64,000 bases of DNA from Laetmonice hystrix (lineage: Eukaryota): NCBI GenBank assembly GCA_965235115.1, contig OZ249436.1:42968001-43032000 (forward strand). The letters are read 5' to 3'. This document shows, one piece after another, positions 1-12,233 of this stretch. The notes below the pieces were generated by a model. That model saw only the letters and a list, made by a program, of their open reading frames with translations, had not been told where the DNA came from and searched no databases. How positions within the stretch are numbered: the stretch's first letter is position 1; every line of letters begins with the position of its first letter. The position numbers and the translations under genes are program-made.

Positions 1-355
1 TAATGTATTCGGATCCCGATGTGTGAGAATGTTAAAACCTCCGATTGTTACAGACACCTTGGTGTGGTAATAATGTATTCGGATCCCGATGTGGGAGAAT
101 CCTTGGTTAAAACCTCCGATTGTTACAGACACCTTGGTGTGGTAATAATGTATTCCGATCCCGATGTGTGAGAATCCTTGTTTAAACCTCCGATTGTTAC
201 AGACACCTTGGTGTGGTAATAATGTATTCCGATGTGTGAGAATCCTTGTTTAAACCTCCGATTGTTACAGACACCTTGGTGTGGTAATAATGTATTCGGA
301 TCCCGATGTGTGAGAATGTTAAAACCTCCGATTGTTACAGACACCTTGGTGTGGT
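1..355 (+). repeat. Tandem repeat of about 65-75 bp containing the acceptor of the 341 exon
   Basis: Five copies of ...cctccgattgttacag|acaccttggtgtgg... Confidence 0.95.
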
Positions 356-488
356 TGGTATTGACGTACCGTTGATGCACATAGAGAATATCATGAGGAA
401 TGACCTGTGGGGCAGTACGTATGCCTTCGTTATCGACAGTAAAGACGGTAGTGCTATCATTCACCCGTTCTCCTTACCGGCTGCACAG
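341..488 (+). CDS. CACHD1-like: CACHD1/alpha2-delta-like Cache-domain protein, first exon visible (gene is 5'-truncated by the window)
   Basis: ttacag|A CAC...GCA CAG|gtgagt. Translates HLGVVGIDVPL...YAFVIDSKDGSAIIHP, the GVxGxD / YAFxxDxxGxxxxHP pattern of alpha2-delta/CACHD1 dCache domains. Confidence 0.88.
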
Positions 489-1135
489 GTGAGTAAATAT
501 GGGGTAACAACAACAAAACCATGATCCACTTCTGTTTGTACCACATTGGGTATTATTGGGTATTATTTCTTTTTATTATTTATAGGTCTACTATTTCAAT
601 GCTGATTCGGAGTTTGCTGGCATTTACTAGCCGCTAGGTGGCATTGCAGATCTGCTAACGCTCTTATAATTTGCCACATCACCACTAGATGGAAGCACTG
701 TTGTATATTTGCATTTCGTCGGGATGACGGTTCTTACGATCAGGGAAATAAAAGTTATCTACAGAAAAGTCGATTTTTAACCAAAATCAGTTACAGGACC
801 GAAAGAAAATTTCAGGCAGCCACAATCGACAAATATCAACTTAGCATTGCCATACAGCTCATACTGGTGGAGATTCGGGATTTATCCTCTATTTGATAAG
901 TGTAGTCTTCATCATGATTACTACTTGTGGGATCACTCGGAAATCATAATTACCTGTTCTCATTCGGCCCAGAAAAAAAACCTTTAGCGATGTGAGATTC
1001 TGACGCACCATCACTGGATGAACCTTTGTTTTAGCTGACTGTAGTTAGAGTTGTTAGAGTCTTTAGTTGACCGTGGACATTTAATGTACAGCCGGCTTGA
1101 CTAGACCTACTCCTCATTTACTTGTAGGCTGTTAA

Positions 1136-1390
1136 AGCAATCAAAGAGTATCTCCCAATTCAATGACTCCAAAATGCAGACATGGGCTGTTAGGTTAGAT
1201 AAGGTCAACAACCAGCCATGAGACGTTCGCTTCATGGCGACAACAGGCAACTGGAATGTTAAATTTCATTAGATTTCTTTATTTCTATGGGTATACATTT
1301 ATTGATTTATGTAGTCTAAGACCTTAGCTAACTTAACACACCATGTCTGCATTTTGGAGTCATTGAAACGAGAGATACTGTCTGATTGCT
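1136..1390. mobile_element. Non-autonomous DNA transposon (MITE), TTAA-flanked, Kolobok-like
   Basis: ttaa|AGCAATCA...TGATTGCT|ttaa with imperfect TIRs of about 70 bp. A related copy lies in the opposite orientation at about 10430-10713. Confidence 0.75.
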
Positions 1391-1479
1391 TTAAGTTAAG
1401 GTTTTGCAGTTATTTTTATTTTTAATGTTCAACACAAGAAATAATTGTTATGATAAATACACACTCCCTGCGTTGTTAG

Positions 1480-1690
1480 CTGCTCGAAGATCCTACCTTC
1501 ATTCCCATCATGCACCTGGAGACTCACAATGGTGAGCCGAAGGACTTCGCCAAGGTTTTGAAGAACATGGAGGATCAGCAGACTGGCCACTTCAAGATCA
1601 CAGAGAACGCTCAGCGGGCCATGTCAGTCCACAACTCTCTGGTGTGGAGACCAACCAAATACTCGCACTACTTCTACACGGATATACCAG
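1480..1690 (+). CDS. CACHD1-like: CACHD1-like exon (LLEDPTFIPIMHLE...YFYTDIP)
   Basis: gttag|CTG...CCA G|gtacca. Phase 0 in, phase 1 out, in frame with flanking exons. Confidence 0.85.
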
Positions 1691-2195
1691 GTACCAGGGG
1701 CTAACATTACCACCAAGTTCAGGGGTAGGGTTGGTACCAGGGGCTAACATTACCACCAAGTTAAGTGGTAGGGTTGGTACCAGGGGCTAACATTACCACC
1801 AAGTTAAGTGGTAGGGTTGGTACCAGGGGCTAACATTACCACCAAGTTCAGGGGTAGGGTTGGTACCAGGGGCTAACATTACCACCAAGTTAAGTGGTAG
1901 GGTTGGTACCAGGGGCTAACATTACCACCAAGTTAAGTGGTAGGGTTGGTACCAGGGGCTAACATTACCACCAAGTTAAGTGGTAGGGTTGGTACCAGGG
2001 GCTAACATTACCACCAAGTTAAGTGGTAGGGTTGGTACCAGGGGCTAACATTACCACCAAGTTAAGTGGTAGGGTTGGTACCAGGGGCTAACATTACCAC
2101 CAAGTTAAGTGGTAGGGTTGGTACCAGGGGCTAACATTACCACCAAGTTAAGTGGTAGGGTTGGTACCAGGGGCTAACATTACCACCAAGTTAAG
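1690..2195 (+). repeat. 43-bp tandem repeat (about 12 copies) starting at the donor of the 1480-1690 exon
   Basis: Unit ggtaccaggggctaacattaccaccaagttaagtggtagggtt. Confidence 0.95.
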
Positions 2196-2375
2196 GTCCA
2201 TGGGTTGGACACTCTGACTGATAGAGTTCGGAATAAGTTTTTGAGGAGGTCCGAGGGCCGGGGTTAGACGGTAAAGTTAAATATGGGGTTAGAAATAGAG
2301 TGGGGGATCCGCCTGACAGATATCCAAACTCCACACTAGCTATGAAAGCTATGCCCCTGTTGGTTTCCGTTTCAG

Positions 2376-2561
2376 GCTCAGATTACTCGTTTGCGTTCAA
2401 CCTGGCTCAGACTGACGAAACGTTCCAGTACGCTCGTGACCCACTGATTGATGGACCAATCAGCTATCTCCATGAGATGCACCTCTATGAGACGCTGCAG
2501 GAGGAACTGCCTGGAGTGTGGGAAGAACTGCGGCCGGTCAACACGTACAACAACTACCCCG
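2376..2561 (+). CDS. CACHD1-like: CACHD1-like exon (GSDYSFAFNL...YNNYP)
   Basis: tttcag|GC TCA...CCC G|gtaagg. Phase 1/1. Confidence 0.85.
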
Positions 2562-3520
2562 GTAAGGAGGTCCCGTCTCACAGTTTGAAGGTCATGGTGA
2601 CCTTCCCACGAAACTTGTAGTAGGGGTTATGGTCTGTCACCAGCAATAGTGATAGATTTTCAGTTCTTTACATCAAATATCGCGTTACCATGGGGATTGA
2701 AGGTCACAAACTTTCTTGAATCCCGCCCTTGCGTGATGGCGATGGAACCGTCAAACTGACCGACCGCCGGCGGGGCTGGTCGGGCTGCGTGGTGATAACG
2801 TCATGGTCCCGGGATGGCACTTGTGGTTACCATAACAACCCGTCCGGGGAGATATATGTTGCCATGGTAACCGTGCCGAGAAAAAAACTTCCATGTAAAC
2901 TGTGGCCGGGGATAACTGATCGGTCCTGTGGGAGGTCGTCAGGTCTTTTTATATTCGACCTTGTGGAAGGTTCTTCAAGGTCAACTGAGCCGTGCCACGC
3001 ATGGGGATTCCAGGTCGATATATGGTTAAAGAAAGTCACAAATCTAAACTGCGATGCTAAAGCAAAAGTAATTCGTGAATGAATGGTGAATTCTCACAAC
3101 GGTTATATGTAGGCCTACAGAGACATCAATGAGTAATTCCTGAATGAATGGTGAATCCCCACAACGGTTATACATGTAGGCCTACAGAGACATCAATGAG
3201 TAACCTTTGAGAAAACATAAATAAGAACTTTTACACGGCTCATTTGTTGTAATTCCATTTAGTAAAGTAGACGTCAGAGGACGTGATAACTTGCTGTTTT
3301 CTGTGGGTAGGTATGTAGGGGCCCCGCTGCGGGGGTGTGGGAGTGCTCCCCGCACTTTTGGTGGGGTCAAAGGCCCCTCGTGAAGTGGCCCCCAATGTTT
3401 CAGTAACACTGATGATGATGTTTTCTGTGGCTAGGTCTGTCCGTGTCAGTGACCCACTCCGTGGTGAAGCTGGCCCCTCGATGTTTTTGTAACACTGATG
3501 ATGATGTTTTCTGTGGGTAG

Positions 3521-3698
3521 GTCTGTCAGTGTCAGTGACCCACTCCGTGGTGAAGCTGGCCCCTCGATGTTTTTGTAACGCGGCCGCCTACCTTGAGGAA
3601 GGTCGGCCGTCCTTCACTGACATCCACGAGTATGTGAACACATTTACTCCGACCTACGACATCCACTGTCCGCGCGGTACCTACAGGACAGACATCAG
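3521..3698 (+). CDS. CACHD1-like: CACHD1-like exon (GLSVSVTHSVVKLAPRCFC...TDIR)
   Basis: gggtag|GT CTG...ATC AG|gtcaga. Phase 1/2. A duplicate acceptor lies 86 bp upstream. Confidence 0.82.
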
Positions 3699-3699
3699 G

Positions 3700-3929
3700 T
3701 CAGACCAAAATTTGTCTCTCAGACTATAGTTTGTCTCTCACACCAAAGTGTGTCTCTCAGACCATAGTTTAAATTGTCTCTCAGACCAAAGTTTATCTCT
3801 CGGACTAAAGTTTGTCTCTCAGACCAAAGTTTGTCTCCCAGACCAAAGTTTGTCTCTCAGACCAAAGTTTGTCTCTCAGACCAAAGTTTGTCTCCCAGAC
3901 CAAAGTTTGTCTCCCAGACCAAAGTTTGT
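3700..3929 (+). repeat. 19-bp tandem repeat abutting a splice donor
   Basis: Unit tcagaccaaagtttgtctc. Confidence 0.9.
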
Positions 3930-4134
3930 AACGTGTTTTACAAAAGCAGTGTGAGATCCCGAGATTTTGTAATAATAAGCTGCTGTAACCTTTGTGCAGC
4001 GAAATTATGTCTTAAATGGGAGAGAGGCTAAGAGATCTATCCTATATTTTCCCAAGTTTCCATATAGCCCTGATCGTATGTAGTTTTACATTGACGTTTT
4101 TTTACGTTCCGTGAACGCCACGTCACGAACGCAG

Positions 4135-4290
4135 GCCTGACGTCAAACTGACGGCACAGCTCGAGCAGTTATGGCGGAACCGGGACGCGACGCTACAGCA
4201 AAACATAGCGTGGACATACATTGGTACCATGGGAGGCGTCATGAGAATCTACCCCGGGGTGGAGATCAGCAGGGCATTCGACCCCACCAC
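4135..4290 (+). CDS. CACHD1-like: CACHD1-like exon (PDVKLTAQLEQLW...WTYIGTMGGVMRIYPGVEISRAFDPT)
   Basis: cgcag|G CCT...ACC AC|gtcagt. YIGTxxGVxRIYPG...FDPT resembles the second dCache domain of CACHD1 (recalled as YIATPNGVLRIYPG...AFDPTRRQWY). Confidence 0.9.
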
Positions 4291-4626
4291 GTCAGTATAT
4301 AAACACAGTCCATGGAGGGTAATCAGACAGGGGGCGCTCTGCGATCGCAGCGCCGTCTGGTGGGTTCATGGAGAAATACGTCCACCACTACGTGTCGCTG
4401 CGATCAAAACGGGCACCATAAGTTCTAATGAGAGTGCGCACTCAATCACGTTATAACTCAATCACACCATAGCAGTAAGGGGTGGCAGGAAAAGGGGGTC
4501 TAAACATATACACTACTTAAAAGCTGAAATAATTTAGGCGTAAATTTTGTGCATATGTGTCTGAGTGCCGAATTCTAAAGTTTGCAGGTCCGTTTTAAAT
4601 AATTATTTTATTTTTGTGTACATTAG

Positions 4627-4775
4627 CCGGCCGTGGTACCACAGATCGGAGGTCAACCGGGGTCGCCTGGTGGTGTCTGGTGTATACAGGGACTCGGTGC
4701 CCAACATGGGGAAGGTGGTCACCCTCAGCCGGGCCATACACAAGGCTAAACCCCTCACACCTCCCGACTGTACAG
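4627..4775 (+). CDS. CACHD1-like: CACHD1-like exon (RPWYHRSEVNRGRLVVSGVYRDS...VVTLSRAIH)
   Basis: cattag|C CGG CCG TGG TAC...ACA G|gtaagg. Completes the dCache DPxxRPWY...YxD motif. Confidence 0.9.
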
Positions 4776-5043
4776 GTAAGGGTTGTTCAGTGTCACAGTA
4801 GCGGTGAAACAGGTAATAGATTGGGGGGGGGGAGGGATTTTTCTTGAGGTAATATTGGGGTGTTCATTTTGTTTGAGGTAGTGGAAAGTGGTTGTATCAT
4901 ATAGCTACAACCTCAGATATAGGAATAATTAATAATAGGCCATAAATATTCTACAAAAGTCATAGGATTATGGAGTGGCAGCCCCCCAATAAAACTATTG
5001 GGGGCAGTGTCCCCTGCCCCCTTACTTCCGCCGCCTATGCTTT

Positions 5044-8000
5044 AGACAGTATCTTGGTGTTTGTAGGTGTGCGGCGTGGGTACGGCTGTCCGTGTACGGA
5101 GATTATGATTGAGGCAGTATCTTGGTGTTTGTAGGTGTGCGGCGTGGGTACGGCTGCCCGTGTAAGGAGATTATGATTGAGGCAGTATCTTGGTGTTTGT
5201 AGGTGTGCGGCGTGGGTACGGCTGCCCGTGTACGGAGATTATGATTGAGACAGTATCTTGGTGTTTGTAAGTGTGCGGCGTGGGTACGGCTGCCCGTGTA
5301 CGGAGATTATGATTGAGACAGTATCTTGGTGTTTGTAGGTGTGCGGCGTGGGTACGGCTGCCCGTGTACGGAGATTATGATTGAGGCAGTATCTTGGTGT
5401 TTGTAGGTGTGCGGCGTGGGTACGGCTGTCCGTGTACGGAGATTATGATTGAGGCAGTATCTTGGTGTTTGTAGGTGTGCGGCGTGGGTACGGCTGCCCG
5501 TGTAAGGAGATTATGATTGAGGCAGTATCTTGGTGTTTGTAGGTGTGCGGCGTGGGTACGGCTGCCCGTGTACGGAGATTATGATTGAGACAGTATCTTG
5601 GTGTTTGTAGGTGTGCGGCGTGGGTACGGCTGCCCGTGTACGGAGATTATGATTGAGACAGTATCTTGGTGTTTGTAGGTGTGCGGCGTGGGTACGGCTG
5701 CCCGTGTACGGAGATTATGATTGAGGCAGTATCTTGGTGTTTGTAGGTGTGCGGCGTGGGTACGGCTGCCCGTGTACGGAGATTGTGATTCAGACAGTAT
5801 CTTGGCGTTTGTAGGTGTGCGGCGTGGGTACGGCTGCCCGTGTACGGAGATTATGACTCAGACAGTATCTTGGTGTTTGTAGGTGTGCGGCGTGGGTACG
5901 GCTGCCCGTGTACGGAGATTATGATTGAGACAGTATCTTGGTGTTTGTAGGTGTGCGGCGTGGGTACGGCTGCCCGTGTACGGAGATTATGATTGAGGCA
6001 GTATCTTGGTGTTTGTAGGTGTGCGGCGTGGGTACGGCTGCCCGTGTACGGAGATTATGATTGAGGCAGTATCTTGGTGTTTGTAGGTGTGCGGCGTGGG
6101 TACGGCTGCCCGTGTACGGAGATTATGATTGAGGCAGTATCTTGGTGTTTCTAGGTGTGCGGCGTGGGTACGGCTGCCCGTGTACAGAGATTATGATTCA
6201 GACAGTATCTTGGTGTTTGTAGGTGTGCGGCGTGGGTACGTACGGCTGCCCGTGTACGGAGATTATGATTCAGGCAGTATCTTGGTGTCTGTAGGTGTGC
6301 GGCGTGGGTACGGCTGCCGTGTACGGAGATTATGATTGAGGCAGTATCTTGGTGTTTGTACCTGTGTGCGGCGTGGGTACGGCTGCCCGTGTACGGAGAT
6401 TATGATTGAGGCAGTATCTTGGTGTTTGTAGGTGTGCGGCGTGGGTACGGCTGCCCGTGTACGGAGATTATGATTCAGGCAATATCTTGGTGTTTGTAGG
6501 TGTGCGGCGTGGGTACGGCTGCCCGTGTACGGAGATTATGATTCAGGCAATATCTTGGTGTTTGTAGGTGTGCGGCGTGGGTACGGCTGCCCGTGTACGG
6601 AGATTATGATCCAGACAGTATCTTGGTGTTTGTAGGTGTGCGGCGTGGGTACGGCTGCCCGTGTATGGAGATTATGATTGAGGAAGTATCTTGGTGTTTG
6701 TAGGTGTGCGGCGTGGGTACGGCTGCCCGTGTACGGAGATTATGATTGAGGCAGTATCTTGGTGTTTGTAGGTGTGGGGCGTGGGTACGGCTGTCCGTGT
6801 ACAGAGATTATGATTCAGGCAGTATCTTGGTGTTTGTAGGTGTGCGGCGTGGGTACGGCTGTCCGTGTAAGGAGATTATGATTCAGACAGTATCTTGGTG
6901 TTTGTAGGTGTGCGGCGTGGGTACGGCTGTCCGTGTAAGGAGATTATGATTGAGGCAGTATCTTGGTGTTTGTAGGTGTGCGGCGTGGGTACGGCTGCCC
7001 GTGTACGGAGATTATGATTGAGGCAGTATCTTGGTGTTTGTAGGAGTGCGGCGTGGGTACGGCTGCCCGTGTACGGAGATTATGATTGAGGCAGTATCTT
7101 GGTGTTTGTAGGTGTGCGGCGTGGATACGGCTGCCCGTGTATGGAGATTATGATTGAGGCAGTATCTTGGTGTTTGTAGGTGTGCGGCGTGGGTACGGCT
7201 GCCCGTGTACGGAGATTATGATTCAGGCAGTATCTTGGTGTTTGTAGGTATGCGGCGTGGGTACGGCTGCCCGTGTACGGAGATTATGATTCAGGCAGTA
7301 TCTTGGTGTTTGTAGGTGTGCGGCGTGGGTACGGCTGCCCGTGTACGGAGATTATGATTGAGGCAGTATCTTGGTGTTTGTAGGTGTGCGGCGTGGGTAC
7401 GGCTGCCCGTGTACGGAGATTATGATTGAGGCAGTATCTTGGTGTTTCTAGGTGTGCGGCGTGGGTACGGCTGCCCGTGTAAGGAGATTATGACTCAGAC
7501 AGTATCTTGGTATTTGTAGGTGTGCGGCGTGGGTACGGCTGCCCGTGTACGGAGATTATGATTGAGGCAGTATCTTGGTGTTTGTAGGTGTGCGGCGTGG
7601 GTACGGCTGCCCGTGTACGGAGATTATGATTGAGGCAGTATCTTGGTGTTTGTAGGTGTGCGGCGTGGGTACGGCTGTCCGTGTACGGAGATTATGATTG
7701 AGGCAGTATCTTGGTGTTTGTAGGTGTGCGGCGTGGGTACGGCTGCCCGTGTACGGAGATTATGATTGAGGCAGTATCTTGGTGTTTGTAGGTGTGCGGC
7801 GTGGGTACGGCTGTCCGTGTACGGAGATTATGATTCAGGCAATATCTTGGTGTTTGTAGGTGTGCGGCGTGGGTACGGCTGCCCGTGTAAGGAGATTATG
7901 ATTGAGGCAGTATCTTGGTGTTTGTAGGTGTGCGGCGTGGGTACGGCTGCCCGTGTACGGAGATTATGATTGAGGCAGTATCTTGGTGTTTGTAGGTGTG

Positions 8001-10209
8001 CGGCGTGGGTACGGCTGTCCGTGTACGGAGATTATGATTCAGGCAATATCTTGGTGTTTGTAGGTGTGCGGCGTGGGTACGGCTGCCCGTGTATGGAGAT
8101 TATGATTGAGGCAGTATCTTGGTGTTTGTAGGTGTGCGGCGTGGGTACGGCTGCCCGTGTACGGAGATTATGATTGAGGCAGTATCTTGGTGTTTGTAGG
8201 TGTGCGGCGTGGGTACGGCTGCCCGTGTACGGAGATTATGATTCAGACAGTATCTTGGTGTTTGTAGGTGTGCGGCGTGGGTACGGCTGCCCGTGTACGG
8301 AGATTATGATTGAGGCAGTATCTTGGTGTTTGTAGGTGTGCGGCGTGGGTACGGCTGTCCGTGTACGGAGATTATGATTCAGACAGTATGTTGGTGTTTG
8401 TAGGTGTGCGGCGTGGGTACGGCTGCCCGTGTACGGAGATTATGATTGAGGCAGTATCTTGGTGTTTGTAGGTATGCGGCGTGGGTACGGCTGTCCGTGT
8501 ACGGAGATTATGATTCAGGCAGTATCTTGGTGTTTGTAGGTGTGCGGCGTGGGTACGGCTGTCCGTGTAAGGAGATTATGATTCAGGCAGTATCTTGGTG
8601 TTTGTATAGGTGTGCGGCGTGGGTACGGCTGCCCGTGTACGGAGATTATGATTGAGACAGTATGTTGGTGTTTGTAGGTGTGCGGCGGGGGTACGGCTGC
8701 CCGTGTACGGAGATTATGATTCAGACAGTATCTTGGTGTTTGTAGGTGTGCGGCGTGGGTACGGCTGCCCGTGTACGGAGATTATGATTGAGACAGTATC
8801 TTGGTGTTTGTAGGTGTGCGGCGTGGGTACGGCTGCCCGTGTACGGAGATTATGATTGAGGCAGTATCTTGGTGTTTGTAGGTGTGCGACGTGGGTACGG
8901 CTGCCCGTGTAAGGAGATTATGATTGAGGCAGTATCTTGGTGTTTGTAGGTGTGCGGCGTGGGTACGGCTGCCCGTGTACGGAGATTATGATTGAGGCAG
9001 TATCTTGGTGTTTGTAGGTGTGCGGCGTGGGTACGGCTGCCCGTGTACGGAGATTATGATTGAGGCAGTATCTTGGTGTTTGTAGGTGTGCGGCGTGGGT
9101 ACGGCTGCCCGTGTACGGAGATTATGATTCAGACAGTATCTTGGTGTTTGTAGGTGTGCGGCGTGGGTACGGCTGCCCGTGTATGGAGATTATGATTCAG
9201 ACAGTATCTTGGTGTTTGTAGGTGTGCGGCGTGGGTACGGCTGCCCGTGTACGGAGATTATGATTCAGACAGTATCTTGGTGTTTGTAGGTGTGCGGCGT
9301 GGGTACGGCTGCCCGTGTATGGAGATTATGATTGAGGCAGTATGTTGGTGTTTGTAGGTGTGCGCCGTGGGTACGGCTGCCCGTGTACGGAGATTATGAT
9401 CCAGACAGTATCTTGGTGTTTGTAGGTGTGCGCCGTGGGTACGGCTGCCTGTGTACGGAGATTATGATTCAGACAGTATCTTGGTGTTTGTAGGTGTGCG
9501 GCGTGGGTACGGCTGCCCGTGTACGGAGATTATGATTCAGACAGTATCTTGGTGTTTGTAGGTGTGCGGCGTGGGTACGGCTGCCCGTGTACGGAGATTA
9601 TGATTCAGGCAGTATCTTGGTGTTTGTAGGTGTGCGGCGTGGGTACGGCTGCCCGTGTACGGAGATTATGATTCAGACAGTATCTTGGTGTTTGTAGGTG
9701 TGCGGCGTGGGTACGGCTGCCCGTGTACGGAGATTATGATTCAGGCAGTATCTTGGCGTTTGTAGGTGTGCGGCGTGGGTACGGCTGCCCGTGCACGGAG
9801 ATTATGATTCAGGCAGTATCTTGGTGTTTGTAGGTGTGCGGCGTGGGTACGGCTGCCCGTGTACGGAGATTATGATTCAGACAGTATCTTGGTGTTTGTA
9901 GGTGTGCGGCGTGGGTACGGCTGCCCGTGTACGGAGATTATGATTCAGGCAGTATCTTGGTGTTTGTAGGTGTGCGGCGTGGGTACGGCTGCCCGTGTAC
10001 GGAGATTATGACTGAGGCAGTATCTTGGTGTTTGTAGGTGTGCGGCGTGGGTACGGCTGCCCGTGTACGGAGATTATGATTGAGGCAGTATCTTGGTGTT
10101 TGTAGGTGTGCGGCGTGGGTACGGCTGCCCGTGTACGGAGATTATGATTGAGGCAGTATCTTGGTGTTTGTAGGTGTGCGGCGTGGGTACGGCTGCCCGT
10201 GTACGGAGA
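5044..10209 (+). repeat. 68-bp tandem array (about 75 copies) containing a splice acceptor plus 36 nt of exon
   Basis: Unit gcagtatcttggtgtttgtag|gtgtgcggcgtgggtacggctgcccgtgtacggagattatgattgag. Confidence 0.98.
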
Positions 10210-10399
10210 ATCACCAATGTAAGTCCGAGTACTGTTATCTAAACTCGTGTGCTGATGACCTCATACAAGGAGTCGTGGCCCTCGACCTCCGCTACCCACA
10301 ATTCCATGACAAGATCGTCGATATGCTGCGGACGTCAGGCGTGAGGAACTACTGCAACCTCCGCTACAGCTGCCGGGACTTCCAGGCCTGCGAAACTAG
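10174..10399 (+). CDS. CACHD1-like: CACHD1-like exon (GVRRGYGCPCTENHQC...GVVALDL...CETR)
   Basis: Acceptor is the last copy of the 68-bp array (tttgtag|GT GTG); donor ACT AG|gtacac. GVVALDL is the dCache GVxxxD strand. Confidence 0.85.
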
Positions 10400-10429
10400 G
10401 TACACGTCTAGGAGACAGAAATATTGGGG

Positions 10430-10713
10430 TTTTATTTCAGTGACTCCAAAGTGAAGGCATGGGCTGTTAGGTTAGATAAGGCATTAAACTACATAAATCA
10501 ATAAATGTATACCCACCGAAATGGAGAAATCTAAGGAAATTCAACATTCCAGTTTCCTGTTGTCCCTATGAAGCGATCGTCTTATGACTGGTTGTTGACC
10601 GGGCATTGACTTGAACAGCCAATGAAATTCATCGGTTCATCGCCTTATCTATAACCTAACAGACCATGTCTTCATTTTGGAGTCGTTGAAATAAGACATA
10701 ATCGTGATTTGCT
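10430..10713. mobile_element. Second copy of the 1136-1390 MITE family, inverted
   Basis: Same TIR (catgggctgttaggttagataagg / ccatgtcttcattttggagtc) with the internal sequence reverse-complemented relative to the first copy. Confidence 0.7.
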
Positions 10714-10969
10714 TTAAAGCCCGATGCTGTAGGTTGATGTGTAAAAGTTCTTTTTGAAAATGATGTTACGTGCATGGCTTCTTTACTAACAAATATTTGC
10801 ACGTGTGTGAGGAATAACTTTTTACAAATGATCGCGTTCAGCATGCGTGATAAAAGGCAAAGTTTACTGAGCGTTAAAACATGTTGGTACTCAAAACTAT
10901 ACAAGTTGCACGATAAAGGTGTAGAATTGAGGATGATGTGCATGACGACTTCCATGTGTGCTCTGACAG

Positions 10970-11177
10970 GTGTTATCTGGTCGATGATGTCGGTGACTTG
11001 GTGTACGACGCCAGTTTCGTACACATACCAGACTCGGAGGTTGACAAGTACGAGCACCAGTCCCTCGCCACAAGGGAAGGTTTTGTGTTTGCAGAGTTAG
11101 TTCGGAGAGGTATCTTCATTCAATACTCTCGACTCGATTACCAAGGCGTGTGTAAAATCTCCGAGAGTATTCCCACG
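10970..11177 (+). CDS. CACHD1-like: CACHD1-like exon (CYLVDDVGDLVY...EGFVFAELVRRGIF...DYQGVC)
   Basis: tgacag|G TGT...ACG|gtatgc. CYLxDDxG and DYQxxC are alpha2-delta family motifs. Confidence 0.9.
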
Positions 11178-11705
11178 GTATGCAAGTCATCTCTCATGGT
11201 ATCAATCGCTTATGGAATTACTTTATTTCTGTTGTTTTGTTTTTCTTTTTGTCTTTTTACAATTTTTTAAAGTTATGGCGTTGGCGTTGGTGATATCGTA
11301 TTTATGTTGCATGTATGTTGTCTGTTTTTTAGATGGGATTTAAGATAGTATTATGTCTTTACAAAATATAATTACCAGAATTTGTTTGAATTATTTGCAG
11401 GGTTTAATGTTTTTATGTATGCGTTATAATGGATGTCTTTAAGTTGAAGTAATCCCCTTAGCCCCACCCCTATATTACCTTGGCAAAGTTAATTGTATGT
11501 TGCTTCATAATATTTTGCATTAAAAATATTTGCCACCAAACGCGGCCTTAAGCCTGATTCCTCTGTAACGCATGAACATAGGATTTAGGGAAACTCATAG
11601 CTCTCAAGTTATAAATTGTATTAAAATTGTATACGGCAAAATCGCAAAATGTGTATCAATATCTATGCTCTATGCTCGTCTGAAAACATGGTCCCCCTTT
11701 AAGAG

Positions 11706-11902
11706 ATCTTGTTGGTTGTGTGAGTTTGATATTTGAGGTGACCTTGTTGGCTGTGTGAGTTTGATATTTGAGGTGACCTTGTTTGGTTGTGTGAGTTTGA
11801 TATTTGAGGTGACCTTGTTTGGTTGTGTGAGTTTGATATTTGAGGTGACCTTGTTGGCTGTGTGAGTTTGATAGTTGAGGTGACCTTGAGTTTGATATTT
11901 GA
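11706..11902 (+). repeat. Tandem repeat of about 39 bp just upstream of an acceptor
   Basis: Unit tgtgtgagtttgatatttgaggtgaccttgttggc. Confidence 0.9.
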
Positions 11903-11925
11903 TCTGTGTGTGTGGTTCGATCCAG

Positions 11926-12233
11926 AAGGAGGCGTGGGAACACCTGATGATGCCTGACCCGTATGGTAACCCTGACGACCCGACCATGGCACCAGGTCCC
12001 ATCCCACCGTTCCAGAACGAGTATGGATGTCTAAAACAGGTGGTATATTACGAGACGAACAAGACGTATCTCCGGCGTTCCACATTGCTGGCTGGTACCC
12101 TTGATCACAGTCCCTGCTCGGCAGGCAAGTTTTATTTCATGCCAGTGGCCAAGACCAACCTCTTTCTCCTGGTGCTGGAGGATTACCACGACCTCAGTAC
12201 ACCTGTCAACCTCAACTGTCACATCGCTAACAG
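11926..12233 (+). CDS. CACHD1-like: CACHD1-like exon (KEAWEHL...PVAKTNLFLLVLE...NCHIANR)
   Basis: atccag|AAG...AAC AG|gtaagg. xxTNLxLLV matches the delta-region motif. Confidence 0.88.

Noticed and set aside
5044..10209. CRISPR-like regular array (also considered for the other arrays)
   Set aside because: Units are contiguous near-identical repeats with no unique spacers, there are no cas genes, and the context is a eukaryotic intron.
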